NCBI GenBank assembly: GCA_951406725.2 | Contig: OX597817.1 | Coordinates: 100,130,001 to 100,194,000, forward strand | Reading direction: 5' to 3' | DNA from: Octopus vulgaris | Taxonomy: Eukaryota | Length of the DNA: 64,000 nucleotides | Shown: positions 47,903 through 60,738 of the stretch, one piece after another | Numbering within the stretch: position 1 is the first letter of the stretch | How the letters are laid out: every line of letters starts with the position of its first letter | The notes under the pieces: model-generated | The model's input: the letters and a program-made list of their open reading frames with translations, nothing else | The model's database searches: none | Told to the model about the DNA's origin: nothing | Position numbers and translations under genes: made by a program

Positions 47903-48646
47903 TTAAACTAGATTAAGTCTACAGTCCTTTCGTCATTCTTTATTCCCTAGCTCACAACTGGAAGGGGAGGCTGTCCTCTCAACCAGTATGCTACTGGATG
48001 ATGAACTCTAGTGATGCTTTTCAATCCATAGTGCTAGCTTTAGCATGCTCGAGGTCAAGATACTACAACCTCAGGTCTTCTCCAATTTGTATTACCCAGG
48101 TCTTTGGTACACTGCACTGGATTCTCCAGTGTGTGAGTCAGTGCCACCACAAAAGTTGGTGTGATTGTCTTCTGGTACTTATCTTGCAGACCTGGCCAAA
48201 CCACTGAAGTCTGTGATGCCAGACTTTCTCCATTAATATATTGAACACTCTCTATTCTTGTTTCAATGGTTGAATCTTAAGAAATTTTATAGATAACTGA
48301 TTTCAGATTTAAAACCATTTACAACATCATTTAACATCCGTTGTCCATGCTGGCATAAGTTGGACGTTTTGACCAGAGCTGGGGAGCTGTACCAGACTCC
48401 AGTCTGGTTTGGCAAGGCTGGATGCCCTTAATGCCAGCCACTTTGTAGAGTGTGCTGGGTGCTTTTACATGATGCTGCCATGAGTGTTTTACACTACCAG
48501 AAGGATCTGTCTTAACACTCCGGCTTTGGAGTACAGGTTACAGTGGTTTCAAATACGAATTTTGCCAAATGGCCATTGTTCCACAAAATAATATGAAATT
48601 TCTAAAATGTAACTCTTGTCTGTTTTCTTAATGTATGTATATTTAA

Positions 48647-48857
48647 CCCTTTAGTGTTCGCATTATTCTGCCAAAATTAATCTTTTTTTATCCACATTGT
48701 TTTGAACTAATCATGCCTTATCTTGTAGCTATGAGATTTTGATGAGGTAGCTGTTAATTTTTAAGATGATATTGTAGGGTTGGTGTGAGAGACCAGATAT
48801 GGCCAGTTTGAACATAAAACAGGCAGAATACTTTTGGCCGGTTTAAATGCTAAAGGG
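48647..48857. mobile_element. piggyBac-type MITE
   Basis: TTAA|CCCTTTAGTGTT…AATGCTAAAGGG|TTAA: CCC/GGG termini and TTAA target duplication. Confidence 0.8.
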
Positions 48858-49127
48858 TTAAATATAATTTCCGAAATTAAATAACAGATACATTTGTTTT
48901 TCAGCAGTGTAAACTCTGGGGAAAAAAAATGGAGAACAATGTTTATATTTGACAAATGTAAAGAATATGATTAAAACACCTATTTTTGCTAGTTTAAAAA
49001 TATGTATATAAAATTATGTAGAACATTACTTCCTATGCAAGCATGATGAGACAAATCATCAGTATCCAAGTCAGTTGTTATTCAGAGTTAGTGCCCTTCT
49101 AGACAAGTTGGAGGATCATGTCTTGCT

Positions 49128-49183
<56 letters not shown>

Positions 49184-49187
<4 letters not shown>

Positions 49188-49678
49188 GCCTGATCAAAAA
49201 ATATTGGGAACTGGTTTTTCTACATTTCATCTTCGAAGTAGTCTCCTTATGAAGTTACACACTTTACCCAGCATTATTTCCATTGATGGAAGTTTTCCTG
49301 GAAACTCTTTTTGGTGGGGATAGTAAGCAGCTGCCTCATTGCATCCTCTTGGATTTCCTTGATGTGAAATCATGTTGTGGGTCTTCCACTGTAAAGACTG
49401 AGACTTGGTTTCAGGATCATAGACCTGTTATGACTGTTTCCAAAGTTTTTGTCTTCCTTGGCAATCTAGGAGAGCCTGTACAGCTGAAACTCGATGTTCT
49501 TTGTAAGAGGACCCCACACTACACACTTCTAAGTACTGCTATAAACAATGAAAGTGAGTGAGAGCATCAACTTAGTGTGCATGCATAACAAAGTTCAAGG
49601 TCAATCTATGCCAAGGGGCTTCACTCTGTGTACTTTAACTCTATTACCATAGCAACAGTCCTGCTACTTTTTGGTCAT
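49184..49678. mobile_element. Degenerate mariner-derived MITE
   Basis: Left TGAGGCCTGATCAAAAAATATTGGGAACTG, right CAGTCCTGCTACTTTTTGGTCA; TA context. Confidence 0.5.
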
Positions 49679-49694
49679 ATATATTTTTTTACAC

Positions 49695-49965
49695 ATTCCA
49701 ATCATTTGACTGTGGCCATGCTGGAACACCACCTTCAAGGGTTTTAGTCAAAGAAATCATCCCCAGGATGATTTCTTTGTAAGCCTAGTGCTTATTCTAT
49801 TGGTCTCTTTTGCCAAACTGCTAAGTTATAGGGTTGTAAACACACCAACATCAGTTGTCGAGCGATAGCGGGGGGACAAATATACATATATAAACAGGTT
49901 TCTGTCTACCAAATCCACTCACAAGGCTTTGATTGACTGAACTTGACACCATGTGGTTGAGAAGC
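49695..49965 (-). mobile_element. tRNA-derived SINE, internally deleted
   Basis: TCATTTGACTGTGGCCATGCTGG…CTACCAAATCCACTCACAAGGCTTT. Confidence 0.75.
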
Positions 49966-51223
49966 AGCCCAGTGTGGAACTGGAAAGACCATAGTTTAAA
50001 TGAATACTTAATACGTGTTTTGTAAAGTATGTTTCTTAGTAAAAGGCCCTATGGGATGCTCATCCATTTCAGCTGGTTCAGTGATGATGACTAGATTCAT
50101 ATAGGGACCAAATAATTTCTATGCATATTGAGTACATTTTCAGAATACACTGGGTAGCTGAATGTATTAGGTACCATGTTATAGTTTGTGTGCATTGTAT
50201 AAATGGGTATGTTTAGTTTGGGCTATTGTATGTTTTAGTTGATGATCAGTTTCAGTGTTGGTGTGTGTATGTGTAGGTATCTATGGGATAAGCAGTTAAT
50301 ATGTATGTGAAGATTTCATAAATAAGTTGTGAGATGAAGTAAGAAAGAAAATTTTAGGGACAATAGTTGGAGATTTATGGAGGTAAACTTCATAGAGGTG
50401 TCTTAAAGTCTGAAATCTTTTCTCGTTTGTGTGTATAAATGTAAATATAATCAGATTCAATGTATGTCTTACTGTATATTTATATGTTAGTATATATGCA
50501 TATATGTAGCTTTTGTTTTTTGGCTAGTGTATGCAATTGACTTCTGGTCAATATTGATGTTGCAGGTGTGTGGTTAGTGTAGCTCTAAGGTGTTAATCTG
50601 CATGTGTTTGCCTGTGTGTATGCATGGATTTGTATTTAAGTATGTGTGGTGGTGTTGTGAAGTGGATATATCCGTGTTTTGTGTATGTATTTAAGGTTTG
50701 TGTTTATCTATGGCTGTGTATGAAGGTGTGGTGGTGTCAAGTATTTGTGCTATTTTCTAGGTCTGCAGTACAGTCTATGTACCAAAAGCAGCTGTAGATT
50801 ATGTGGTGTCTTGTAATAATGTGTTGTAAGTGGACAAGGCCATCTACAGCTTGCTCCCCCAGGTTGAGTGCAGGTTAACAGTTGAAGTAGGTTTTAAGTT
50901 TTTTGTGCTCATAAATGACAAGTTTAGTATTTTTAGTGAGGGGTAGTTCAAGGGGCAAAATAGGATGTGTATGCAATAGTTGTCTCAAGACAGTGTAAGT
51001 TCAAAGGCCACACTGATGTATCAGAATAGTTGCAGGACTATTGATTTGATGAGGGTTATCAGGGTGTGTTAAAGTGACAGTCTACACTAAGTTGTGAGTG
51101 GTAGCATTGGTGTGGAGAAATGATATTGTAGAAAGAAAGGACAGATTCTTGCAGTGGTTTCAGTCTTTAGGTTGTAGCTGTGCTGAAACATTGCATTCAA
51201 GAGTCTATTGACCCAAGAACTTA

Positions 51224-52810
51224 CACTGGCGAAAATAAATTTAAGACCAATGATAAAAGTTCTATTTCTTACAAAATATTTTGTTACTAACACCATACAA
51301 ATTATTTTTATCTTTTACACCTTATGCAGAATGTATTTCCCTTTCGAATGACACAGACAACTAATTTTATACAACTTGAAGAATTCTTATGCTAAATTAA
51401 TATAAACATTTCAAATTTACCGGCAAAATTAGTTTAAGACCATGTAATATGTATCCAAATTTTTTTGCCAAAATGGGTGGTCACATGACTAACTGCACTA
51501 TATAGTGTTATAATTTAACGTTATTATACAATTGATTAATAATGGGAAAACAACGTAGCCTCAATCCAGTCACAAGAGCAAAAATCACATTACTCCACCA
51601 GCAAAAAGTTTCCTTTTCAAACATCAGCAAGCAACTAAAGTGCAGTAAAACAGCTTGCATGCAAGAGTGGAAGTTATACTCAGAGACTGATCAATATAAA
51701 GATCGGCAAAGGACTGGCGCCCCAAGAAAAACAACGGCACAGTTGGACCGTCGAACCACTGACTTTCGGAAGGCAACCGAATGCTGACAACTATTGACAT
51801 TTGTAAACGATTGTCCAATGAGAATGGTGTTATTTTTACACCACAAACCACCCGCAACCGTTTGAGAGAATTTGGACTACATGGACGAATTGCTAGGAAA
51901 AAGCCAATAATATCTGAAAGAAATTGACTCGAACGCCTTAATTTCTCAAAAAGCCATGCTCGATGGACTGTCAAAGATGAGTCACGCTTCTGTATATTTG
52001 GATCAGATGATAAAACATATGTCAGACATTGCCCAACCAAGGAATTCCATCCGAAATGCATGAAAAAGATAGCGCAAGTGGGGGTGGGGGCAGCATTTAG
52101 TAACTTTGGTGTTGGCCCTCTAGTTAAAGTTGATGGAAAGCTCAATAGTGTAGGTTATATGAATCTACTAATGGATAATGTGTCATATTTGACTCACCAA
52201 ATGCCTCCGGGGGCTTTTTATCAGCAAGACAGTTGTCTTGTGCACAAAGCCAAAAATGTTATGGAATTTTTTTGATCACCATAATATTGACGTAATCGAA
52301 TGGCCTCCCCAGACCCCGGACCTGAATCTGATTGGGAACTTGGTGAATTATGTTTCCCAAAAAGTCCATGCTAAAAACCCATCTAATCTAAAACAATTAT
52401 TCGATTATATCAATGAAATATGGCAAAACATTCCCATAGAATTTTGTAATCACTTAGCGAATTCAATGTCAACGCATTGTTCAGCCGTTATTAAGAATAA
52501 AGGCTCCGGCACAAAGTACTAATATGTATTTCATTCTGGTTGCTCATTTTTGTTACAATCTTAAGCTTTAAATAAAATTATAATGATACAGTCTTAAACT
52601 AATTTTGCCAGTAAATTTGAAATGTTTATATTAATTTAGCATTAGAATTCTTCAAGTTGTATAAAAATAGTTATTGTCTGCATCATTGGAAAGAGAAATA
52701 AATTCTGCATAAGGTGTAAAAGATAGAAATAATTTGTATGGTGTTAGTAACAAAATATTTTGTAAGAAATAGAACTTTTATCATCAGTCTTAAATTTATT
52801 TTCGCCAGTG
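51224..52810 (+). mobile_element. Tc1-family transposon with long IR/DR-type TIRs (~1.59 kb)
   Basis: ~217 bp TIRs (51224-51440, 52591-52810), each with inner and outer direct repeats (CTGGCGAAAATAAATTTAAGAC / CCGGCAAAATTAGTTTAAGAC); TA TSD. Confidence 0.96.
51542..52522 (+). pseudogene. Frameshifted Tc1 transposase
   Basis: MGKQRSL…GAPRKTT, ARKKP, DESRF, YQQDSCLVH, WPPQTPDLNLIGN, AVIKNKGSGTKY*; split across frames, catalytic E replaced by G. Confidence 0.92.
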
Positions 52811-52952
52811 TAATTTATCAAAAGGATGTCTCCTCCTTACTATAAAGGGACATCACTCACAAGGAATACGTACCACAAGATACTTCAGTTTGATGCATCA
52901 ATCTATCAGCAGTCCTTGCCTGACTGTGTGTGTACACACATATATATTAAGA

Positions 52953-54971
52953 CTAGCAGCATAGCCCGGGTATGTAAGAAACTTTGTCGATAAGCAATGC
53001 CCTTTACCTTTTTTGTACTCATTGAACCGTTATTTTGTAAAATGAAGCTTTTAAGGCATTCAAGGCACCATTCCCTTGCATGCATGAAGAAAATCTATGA
53101 CAGTCAAAGTGCATTTTCTGGTTTTGTTCGAGCCGTGGCTGTGTTTGCGGCGTCAGCAGCTTGGCGAGCTCTCTTCTGTTGAGGTGTTTCGGCAGATCGG
53201 GCCATGGCTGTGTTTGTGGCGTCAGCAGCTTGGCGAGTTCTCTGCTGTGGGGTTTTGACAGATCATGTCCTGGCGGTGCTAGCGGCGTTAGCCGCATTCC
53301 GAATGGCCCTTTGTTTGGGGTTCTTGTGAGCTCTGTGGATGGAAGTACAGGAAGAAGCCCGCATGTTTTGGCTGGACTATTGCTCTTTTGTCAACCTTGA
53401 GCGGAGGGAAGATCTGTACGCTGCGGCCCTTGCAAGTCGGGTAGAACGGTCACTAGTAGTTTCAGATGCCTGAGCAGCGGCAGAACGGGAAGCTTTTTGC
53501 GAGAGCCGCAAGGCGGTTTCCTCGAGGGTCTCGCGTGCCCTTCTAGCCCTAGCAGCCGATGCCTTGGCCGTCCGAGGGCTGAGGAGGGTCCTTCTCTTCT
53601 TGGGTGGCATTTTGGTGGATAGCAATGTGTTTGGCAAAGGTATAATAAAAAAGAACACGTGGGATAAGTATCCCAAAATGTATAAAAATGTACAAAAACG
53701 AAAAAAAGTGGGCAGGAATGTGAGTGACAACAGCGAAAAGTGAACAAACGAATGGAAAAGGTTTTTTAGTGCACACAACAAAAGCGGCTTATAATAAACT
53801 AAGAGTTTGCAAGTAGCGTCCGAGGACCCTTAATATACGTCAAAAGTTTAAGGTAAAACGTTTGGGGTGGTAGTTATAAAGAAAGTTTAAACAAAAAAAG
53901 TATTCAAATAACTTGCGGCTGCAGCAGCGATTAGCAGAAGTAGGCCAACATGTGAACCGAGAGAAGAAGTTGAGAGTCACAAACTATACGCGCACAACTG
54001 AGTGTGTCAGTACATGTGATTGGCCAAAGGGTGTTTAATTGAGAGCATTATTCACCGTTTGGGGAGCCAATGGGAAGAGCTGCAATCATCGTGTCAAGGA
54101 CACGTGTGCACACACCCGCAAACGCATCTACAGCCCAACATTGCTCGGATTTGAAACAAAAGGAAAACATATGCCATTTCTAGTAACCTTTATGATAAAA
54201 GCGTCAAAAATCGACTAAATCACCCGAAATCTGCCAACTATTTAACAAAAGTCAGTTTTGTAGGGTTCGTATGGTCGGTCTCAAAGTGATATGGTTTTGT
54301 AGATTTCTCCCAATACTTATTAACTGCATTGACAAAAGGTCGTTAGTTTGACATTTAATGCAAACTTGATGTCCAGCATCGGTGTAGGGAAAATCTATGT
54401 GAATTTTCAAAAAATATCGCAGAAAAATCGGTTTGCTATGTGTGCCACATATGATGTATTTAACCGATTTTTTCCAGTAATAACGTATCCTATTGGAATC
54501 AAAAGGGCCATATAGCTCCTTGGAGCAGACATGATGCTCGCTGTGAATTTAAAAAAAAATTCCTGCCAATTTGTTAAAGATATTGTCGAAAATATGTCAT
54601 CTTGAATTTGAACGCGATTTCCCAAAATGGCATGATTTTATCGATTTTTTCTGATGGTAAGGTATTGCATGGAAAACTAACATGAGAATTAAGTTCCTTA
54701 GGGTAACATTAAGCTTCACCATGAGTTTGGTGAAAATCGATTGCAAGTTGCGAAAACTACAACGGAAAATGATAAGCTTAGATTCTCGACCCCATGTCAA
54801 ATTTATCAATTTTTTTCAGAACTGGGGGAACTTTTCAAAATTTTCGCTGCGTTAGTTTTGAATTACGACATTGGGCTATGTGTGTGTCAAGTTTCATCAG
54901 AATCGGTTGAAAGCCGTGGTGAGGGTGAGGGTACAACCTGACAGACACACTGCATTTTATATAGAGAGAGA
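52953..54971 (-). mobile_element. Internally deleted Helitron (~2.0 kb) retaining RepHel N-terminus
   Basis: A|TCTCTCTCTATATAAAA 5' end at 54971; collapsed hairpin CCCGGG and CTAG|T at 52953, resembling 39639; ORF from ATG 53610 MPPKKRR…RARETLEETALRL…ASETTSDRSTRL (STPR-like repeats). Confidence 0.75.
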
Positions 54972-55845
54972 TTCAGGTAAGGCACGAGGTTAGATCAGAA
55001 TTAAAATGCATACACAGCAATTATTGATGACTAACAACATCAGTACAGAAGGATATTCAGGTTATGTATGCAATTAATCGAACCCAACTGAGTATATCAT
55101 CAGCCCTTGGGCTAATTCAGAAATGCACATTTTATTAAATATATAACATTCTATGACAAATGTTGATCACACCAAATGGACTTTCATTTTTTTTAAATGT
55201 CCTTAATTGTAACATTTGTGTATTCATTTGAAGAAAAAGTTTTTTATAATGATATGTGCTCATTGATCAGTTAAAGAATTTGTTAGAAACGGTTGTAATG
55301 AATTGACATCTATCCATCATTTGTTATTTATTTATATATATATATATACACACACACAAAATGCAGGTTTCTGTTTTAACAAATTTCACTCGACGCATTA
55401 ATCAACTTGGACTATGGCCAAAGGTAGTTGTGCAGTAGAATTGAACTCAGAACCATGTGGTTGCAAACCAAACCACGTGTTCATGCTAGTGTCTGTACAC
55501 ATTTATGTTCATTACAACACAGTAATATTCAGGATACAAAATCACATGCTTTAATGGGTCAGTTTACAGCCTGTATGAATGTACTTATGAAAAATTACTT
55601 TTTCATCAATATTGCCCAATGTAAAAAAAGAACATTAATCTCTAAAATGCAATCACTCATATTTAATTTTATAACACTTGCAGTTTATGACGACAAACTC
55701 ATCCATACTTAGAATTTATCTAAAACTGACAACAGAATAAAGCAGCATAAACTGTAATCTACTTATTGAGTCCCATTTCAGTTTGCAAAAATTATTCAGA
55801 CATCCAGTTCATATTTACACATATTTGCTTGCATGTATTTTTTTA

Positions 55846-57095
55846 TTGGGTCATCCCATAAATAATGTGGGTTTTTTCAACTGCACGAGCTAAAAGTCAG
55901 AGGGGGATGGGATAAACTACCTGCATCAACTTGCTATAAAAGCAGACAGTAATTTTATTTTGTCCTTATTCTTAGTGTAAGTTTTGAAGAGTACAGTTCG
56001 ATTTTAACAGTTACTTTTTCAAACCTTTAATGGAAATGACAAAGGAGCATATTTTGCTTTATGAGTTCAACAAAGGCAACAACACAATGGAAACTGCAAG
56101 GAATGTTAATGCAGTATATGGGGGTCAGACAATAAGTGTAAGCCAGTGTCAGTGGTGGTTCCAGACATTCCAAGCCAGAAACTGCAGCCTAGAACATGAG
56201 CCTCATCTTGAAAGATTTATAGAGCTTGACAAGAATGTCCTGCAAACCCTGGTGGAACAAAATCCCATCATAATTGTTAAGAAACTACCAGTGAGGCTTG
56301 GACTTGGTCATTCAACCATTCATTGACACCTGCATACCATTGTAAAATTCAGCAAAGTGGGTCAATGGGTTCCTCACAAACTTTCTGAGTCTAATCACAC
56401 ACAGAGAGTGAATGTGTGCTCTTCTTTGCTGTCACATCTCATGAATGAACTGTTTTTAGACTGAATAGTGACTGGGTTCTCTATAAAAGTGTCAAGCGCA
56501 AAAGACAGGGAGTAGGGAAAGGAGAAACACAGGCACCCACCTAAGGTGTTGTTATTTGTTTGGTGGAATATGAAAGGTTTAGTCCACTTTGAACTTTTAA
56601 ATCCAAACCAAACAATAACAAAGGAGATCTACTGTGAGCAGCTTGAGTGCTAGAAGAAAAATGTCAGTGCTAGAAGAAAAATGACCATCTTTGGTTTCAA
56701 GACGAAAGGTGTTCTTCCATCAGGATAATGCTCAGCCACATACAGTGAAGATGACATTCCAAAGGCTGGAGCAGTTTCAATGGGAAACAATGCTCCACCT
56801 ACCATATTCACCATGCGTTTCCCCATCTGATTATCATTTATTCTGCAGTCTTCAAAATCATTTGAACAGAAAAAATATGAATACTGTAGACGAGGTCAGA
56901 ACAGTACTAGAGAAGTATTTTTTGTCACAGATAAGTGAATTTTGGAAAAGGGGCCCTGCAAATCTACCATATTGATGAAAGAGCATTGTAGAAAATGAAG
57001 GAGAGTATATTTTAGATTAAAAAAGAACATTGTTCTTCTTAATTTTGGAAAATAAAAGAAGTATAAAAAAAAACATTATTTATGTGATGATCCAA
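55846..57095 (+). mobile_element. Mariner transposon, full length (~1.25 kb), inactive
   Basis: TIRs TTGGGTCATCCCATAAATAATG / CATTATTTATGTGATGATCCAA; TA TSD; transposase remnants 56030-57020 with LLYEFNKG, WVPHKL, HQDNAQPH, PYSPCVSPSDYHLF. Confidence 0.93.
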
Positions 57096-57172
57096 TATTT
57101 ATAAGAACATATCAGAATTTGTGTAAACTCTCTCAGAAAGAAGGAAATAAGATATATTTTGCAACAATACTT

Positions 57173-57229
<57 letters not shown>

Positions 57230-57353
57230 TCAATATATCTGAAGTACATATTTTAATTTTATAATGTTTTTAGATTAGATTATGATGGAAACAAAAGTAA
57301 TATTTTAAGTATGATGGCTGGGTAGATGAAGTACATTTGCATTACAGATTTAT

Positions 57354-57733
57354 AGGCAAAGGAGTGGCTGTGTGGTAAGAAGTTTACTTCCCAACCACAT
57401 GGTCCCTTGTTCAGTCCAACTCTGTGGCACCTTGGGCAAATATCTTCTACTATAGCCCCAGGCCAATCAAAGCCTTGTGAGTGGATTTAGTGGACAAAAA
57501 CTAAAAGAAGCTTGTCATGTATATGAGGGAGTGCTAAAAAAATCCTGGCTTTAAGGGTATCACGAAAGGGTTGTTTGGAGACATGACCTTCTGAGTTCTT
57601 TTACAGAGTTTAGAAATACTGAAGGGCCACTGCAATAAGTGTGTGAATCTTAGAGGGGGATATGTTGAATAAACTCATAACTGATCCTCCTGTATTTTCT
57701 TTTTACCCAAAGCCAGGAACTTTTCAGTGCTCC

Positions 57734-57774
<41 letters not shown>

Positions 57775-57961
57775 CTGTGTTTTCCCCCTACCATTGCTTG
57801 ATAACTAGTGTTGGTTTACATCCCCATAGCTTAGCAGTTCAGCAAAAGAAACTGATATAATAAGTACCAAGCTTTAAAAAGAAATAAGTACAGTTATATG
57901 TTTGACTAAACTCTTCAGAGCAGTGTCCCAGCATGGCTGCAGTCCAATGACTAAAACAAGT

Positions 57962-57965
<4 letters not shown>
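57354..57965 (+). mobile_element. tRNA-derived SINE interrupted by a MITE
   Basis: GGCAAAGGAGTGGCTGTGTGGTAAG head, 3' ATGACTAAAACAAGTAAA; split at its internal TA tract. Confidence 0.85.
57524..57737 (+). mobile_element. Mariner-derived MITE (214 bp)
   Basis: TIRs TGAGGGAGTGCTAAAAAAATCCTGGCTTT / AAAGCCAGGAACTTTTCAGTGCTCCCTCA; TA flanks; residual HCNKCVNLRGGYVE* transposase tail. Confidence 0.85.
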
Positions 57966-58030
<65 letters not shown>

Positions 58031-58271
58031 ACAATAAGAAAATGGAGGGGATCAATAGGTGCTTCATTAACTTTTAGACATTATATTATGTCAGCTTATT
58101 TTATTTATTTACTAAAATGACAATTACAAGAATATACATACATGTATAACATATGCTTTACATATAAAATACATTAATATATAAAGATACCAGTAATTAT
58201 TAAAATATAACATACAGGAATATAAATATATATATAACATTTGAAGTGGAAGGGTTGGCCCCCTGTGTGCT

Positions 58272-58310
58272 TCACATGCCTCTGTTGTTACAATTTGTTA
58301 AATGTGTCAT
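58272..58310 (-). CDS. Candidate terminal exon of a minus-strand gene
   Basis: Strong acceptor CTTGTTTTTTTTCTACAG; short coding end (MTHLTNCNNRGM* or (D)DTFNKL*); minus-strand AATAAA near 58100. Confidence 0.3.
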   Translation of the reverse strand: MTHLTNCNNRGM

Positions 58311-59299
58311 CTGTAGAAAAAAAACAAGATTAATAAAGGAATAACTTAGAATTACCAATAATGTGGAAGTATCAGATAAAGTAGGTAGAAAAGTACCTAG
58401 AAGTTGATGTTTAGCCTGACATCATCTTTAATGAAAGGCATGCAAATCATAACCATTCAGTCTTTTTCAGGAATTACTTACTTTGCACTACGTTGTTCAG
58501 TGTGTCTTTTTTCTTTCTTAACCATTAGATGTGATTTGAAGGAGATTTGGCTGCCTTTTTTTTTTTTAGCTGGTTGAGTATCATGTGCAGGTACCCTCTT
58601 TGATAATTACTATTATCACAACATTAAGGAATGCTGCTTTCTCTAGTACACTGTCCTGATCTAAGGGGGATAATATGAATATTCAATGTTAAAGAAACTC
58701 AGCTTATTAAATGATTAAATATCATGTATCCAAGTTGACAAAGAGTAACACTAGAATTCCAGGAGACTAGTGATGGCCTGAGTTGGCACAAATTATTTTG
58801 ACTTGAAGAAAAGTTTGAAGTTTCAAGCAGGGTCTTTCTATGGAGAGTTCTGTTCAAAAATGTTAACTTTTCTCCTTCACACCCAAATTGCTTATTCAAA
58901 TTGCAAACTAATGATATAAATTATATTATATCAGAAAATTTCTCAGGAATGTCTTTTGCATGAAGAAGATATAGTTAAGTGTGAACTAATATACTTAATG
59001 TAGTCACTTTGCCATAAGGAAGAGGAAGGGAGTAACATTTCGAGCAGGGCCCTTCGTTGGAGAGTAAGAAATTATATGTCTATACATGTAGCATGTCATA
59101 GAAGAAAAAGTAGCTGTGACAACTAGTTGAGAAATTGGTATTAATAGTATTCAATGGGTAAAAGATAAATCATGGACAATATGAACTGAAATAAGGGGTT
59201 TTGTGGTGTAGTGGGAGTAAAACCAAAGGTCAAGGGAGATCTTAGCAATGGTAGTATTGTTTACACCTATACATTCAAGACAATTTGAAGAAAAGGAAA

Positions 59300-60250
59300 A
59301 ACTAAGAACAAGAATGAATATTTTTTTTAATTCCCACCATCCATACAGTGTAAAGAAAGGGATTGCTCAGCGCCTAAATCATCAAGCAAAGAATATAAGT
59401 AGTGATCATGATACCAACCACAGAGAAATGATCAAGCTCAGTAACAATCTATTAAACAACAACTACCCCAAAAACATACTATCCACACCAATTATGAAGA
59501 AAAGAGAAGATAAAACCAATAAACTGTCCACAGTCTGTCTACCCTATGTGAAAGGCCTCTCTGAAAAGATACAAAAGATATGCAGCCCATATGACATCAG
59601 GACAGTATTCAAGAGTATTCAACACTTCGCAAATATCTCCTTTGAGTAAAACCACCAAAAGAAGAGAATATGAACAAAAAACTGCATGTACTCCATCCCA
59701 TGCAGCTGTGGTAGGTTACACAAAGGCAAAACATGCTGCCCCCTCAAAATAAGGGTAGAGGAACATCGCAAAGCTGTGACTTGAAGAGATATTGATAAAT
59801 CAGGTATAGCTGATCATGTATGGGAAAATGGGGACCTCTTCCCCCTGTGGGATGAAGTTAAAATAATAGACAGAGAACACGACTGGAAAATAGGAAAACT
59901 AAAAGAAGCAGCACATATGTTAGAACACAACAACCTCCAAAGCAGATATGAATAGCATATGGGAACTGGTATTAAGGAAGGATAGGAAAATATTAGATTT
60001 ATAAGCCCTAAAATTCACTCCATAATTGCCCACGGGCATATGGTGTAGTGGTTAAGAGCATGTGCTACTAACCCCAAGATTCTGAGTTCAATTCCAGGCA
60101 GTTACCTGAGTAGTAATAATAATGATAATAACATTAAATAATACCTTAGGAATGAGAAATCATGTTCAAAATTTCAGCCAAAACGTGTTAACAACAAACA
60201 AGATGAGGACAAATATCAGTCAAATGTAAATAATTCCTTATCTCTTAAAT
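59300..60250 (+). mobile_element. Penelope-like retroelement 3' fragment (Penelope/Poseidon-like GIY-YIG) with tRNA-like module downstream
   Basis: FNSHHPYSVKKG…LLNNNYP…LPYVKGLSEKIQKI; then CMYSIPCSCG…G.T…LKIRVEEHRKAV…KSGIADHVW…WDEVKIIDRE…KLKEA. Confidence 0.88.
60034..60106 (+). other. tRNA-like (Pol III A/B box) sequence; not a functional tRNA
   Basis: A box TGGTGTAGTGGTTAAG, loop CTACTAA, B box GAGTTCAATTCC; acceptor and anticodon stems pair poorly. Confidence 0.6.
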
Positions 60251-60738
60251 ATAGAATTGCAATAGGGGTAGGGTATAAAAAGTTGAACGAGAGATTTGGA
60301 GATAAAAAGAAAAAATCAAGAAACAATTGAAAGAGAAAAGATACAAACATAGCGTTTTCCAACCTATTTTCCCCCAGGCTCCACCATAACTTTCCAGAAA
60401 AAGTATGTGTTGTATGTTTGCTGTGAAAAATAGATTTTCCCTTTTTCATGTCTCACTAAAAGAAAAAGAACAAAATTTTGGATCCCATACCCCATCATAA
60501 TTTTCCCTGGCCTCACCAATAAGGTGTATTCTCCATGTTTGGAACCACTGCACTAATACTAATGGGGTAAAAACATGATGAAAGATGATACAACTTCAAT
60601 GAAATACTCCCAGTGGAACTACTCTGTTGGTGATATCTTTTCTCCAACAAGCTACAATGTAGGTACCACATGTTGATATGACTCGCTGCTGTCAACAGTG
60701 GCAATACAGTTACATTGAGAATGAATTCATTGACTTAC

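Noticed and set aside
50000-51200. Strongly G/T-skewed 1.2 kb stretch
   Set aside because: No ORF, termini or periodicity I can support; probably an old retroelement UTR or decayed TG repeat.
60034-60106. Functional tRNA-Ser(ACT) gene
   Set aside because: Stems pair poorly, there is no long variable arm, and it is embedded in a retroelement tail.
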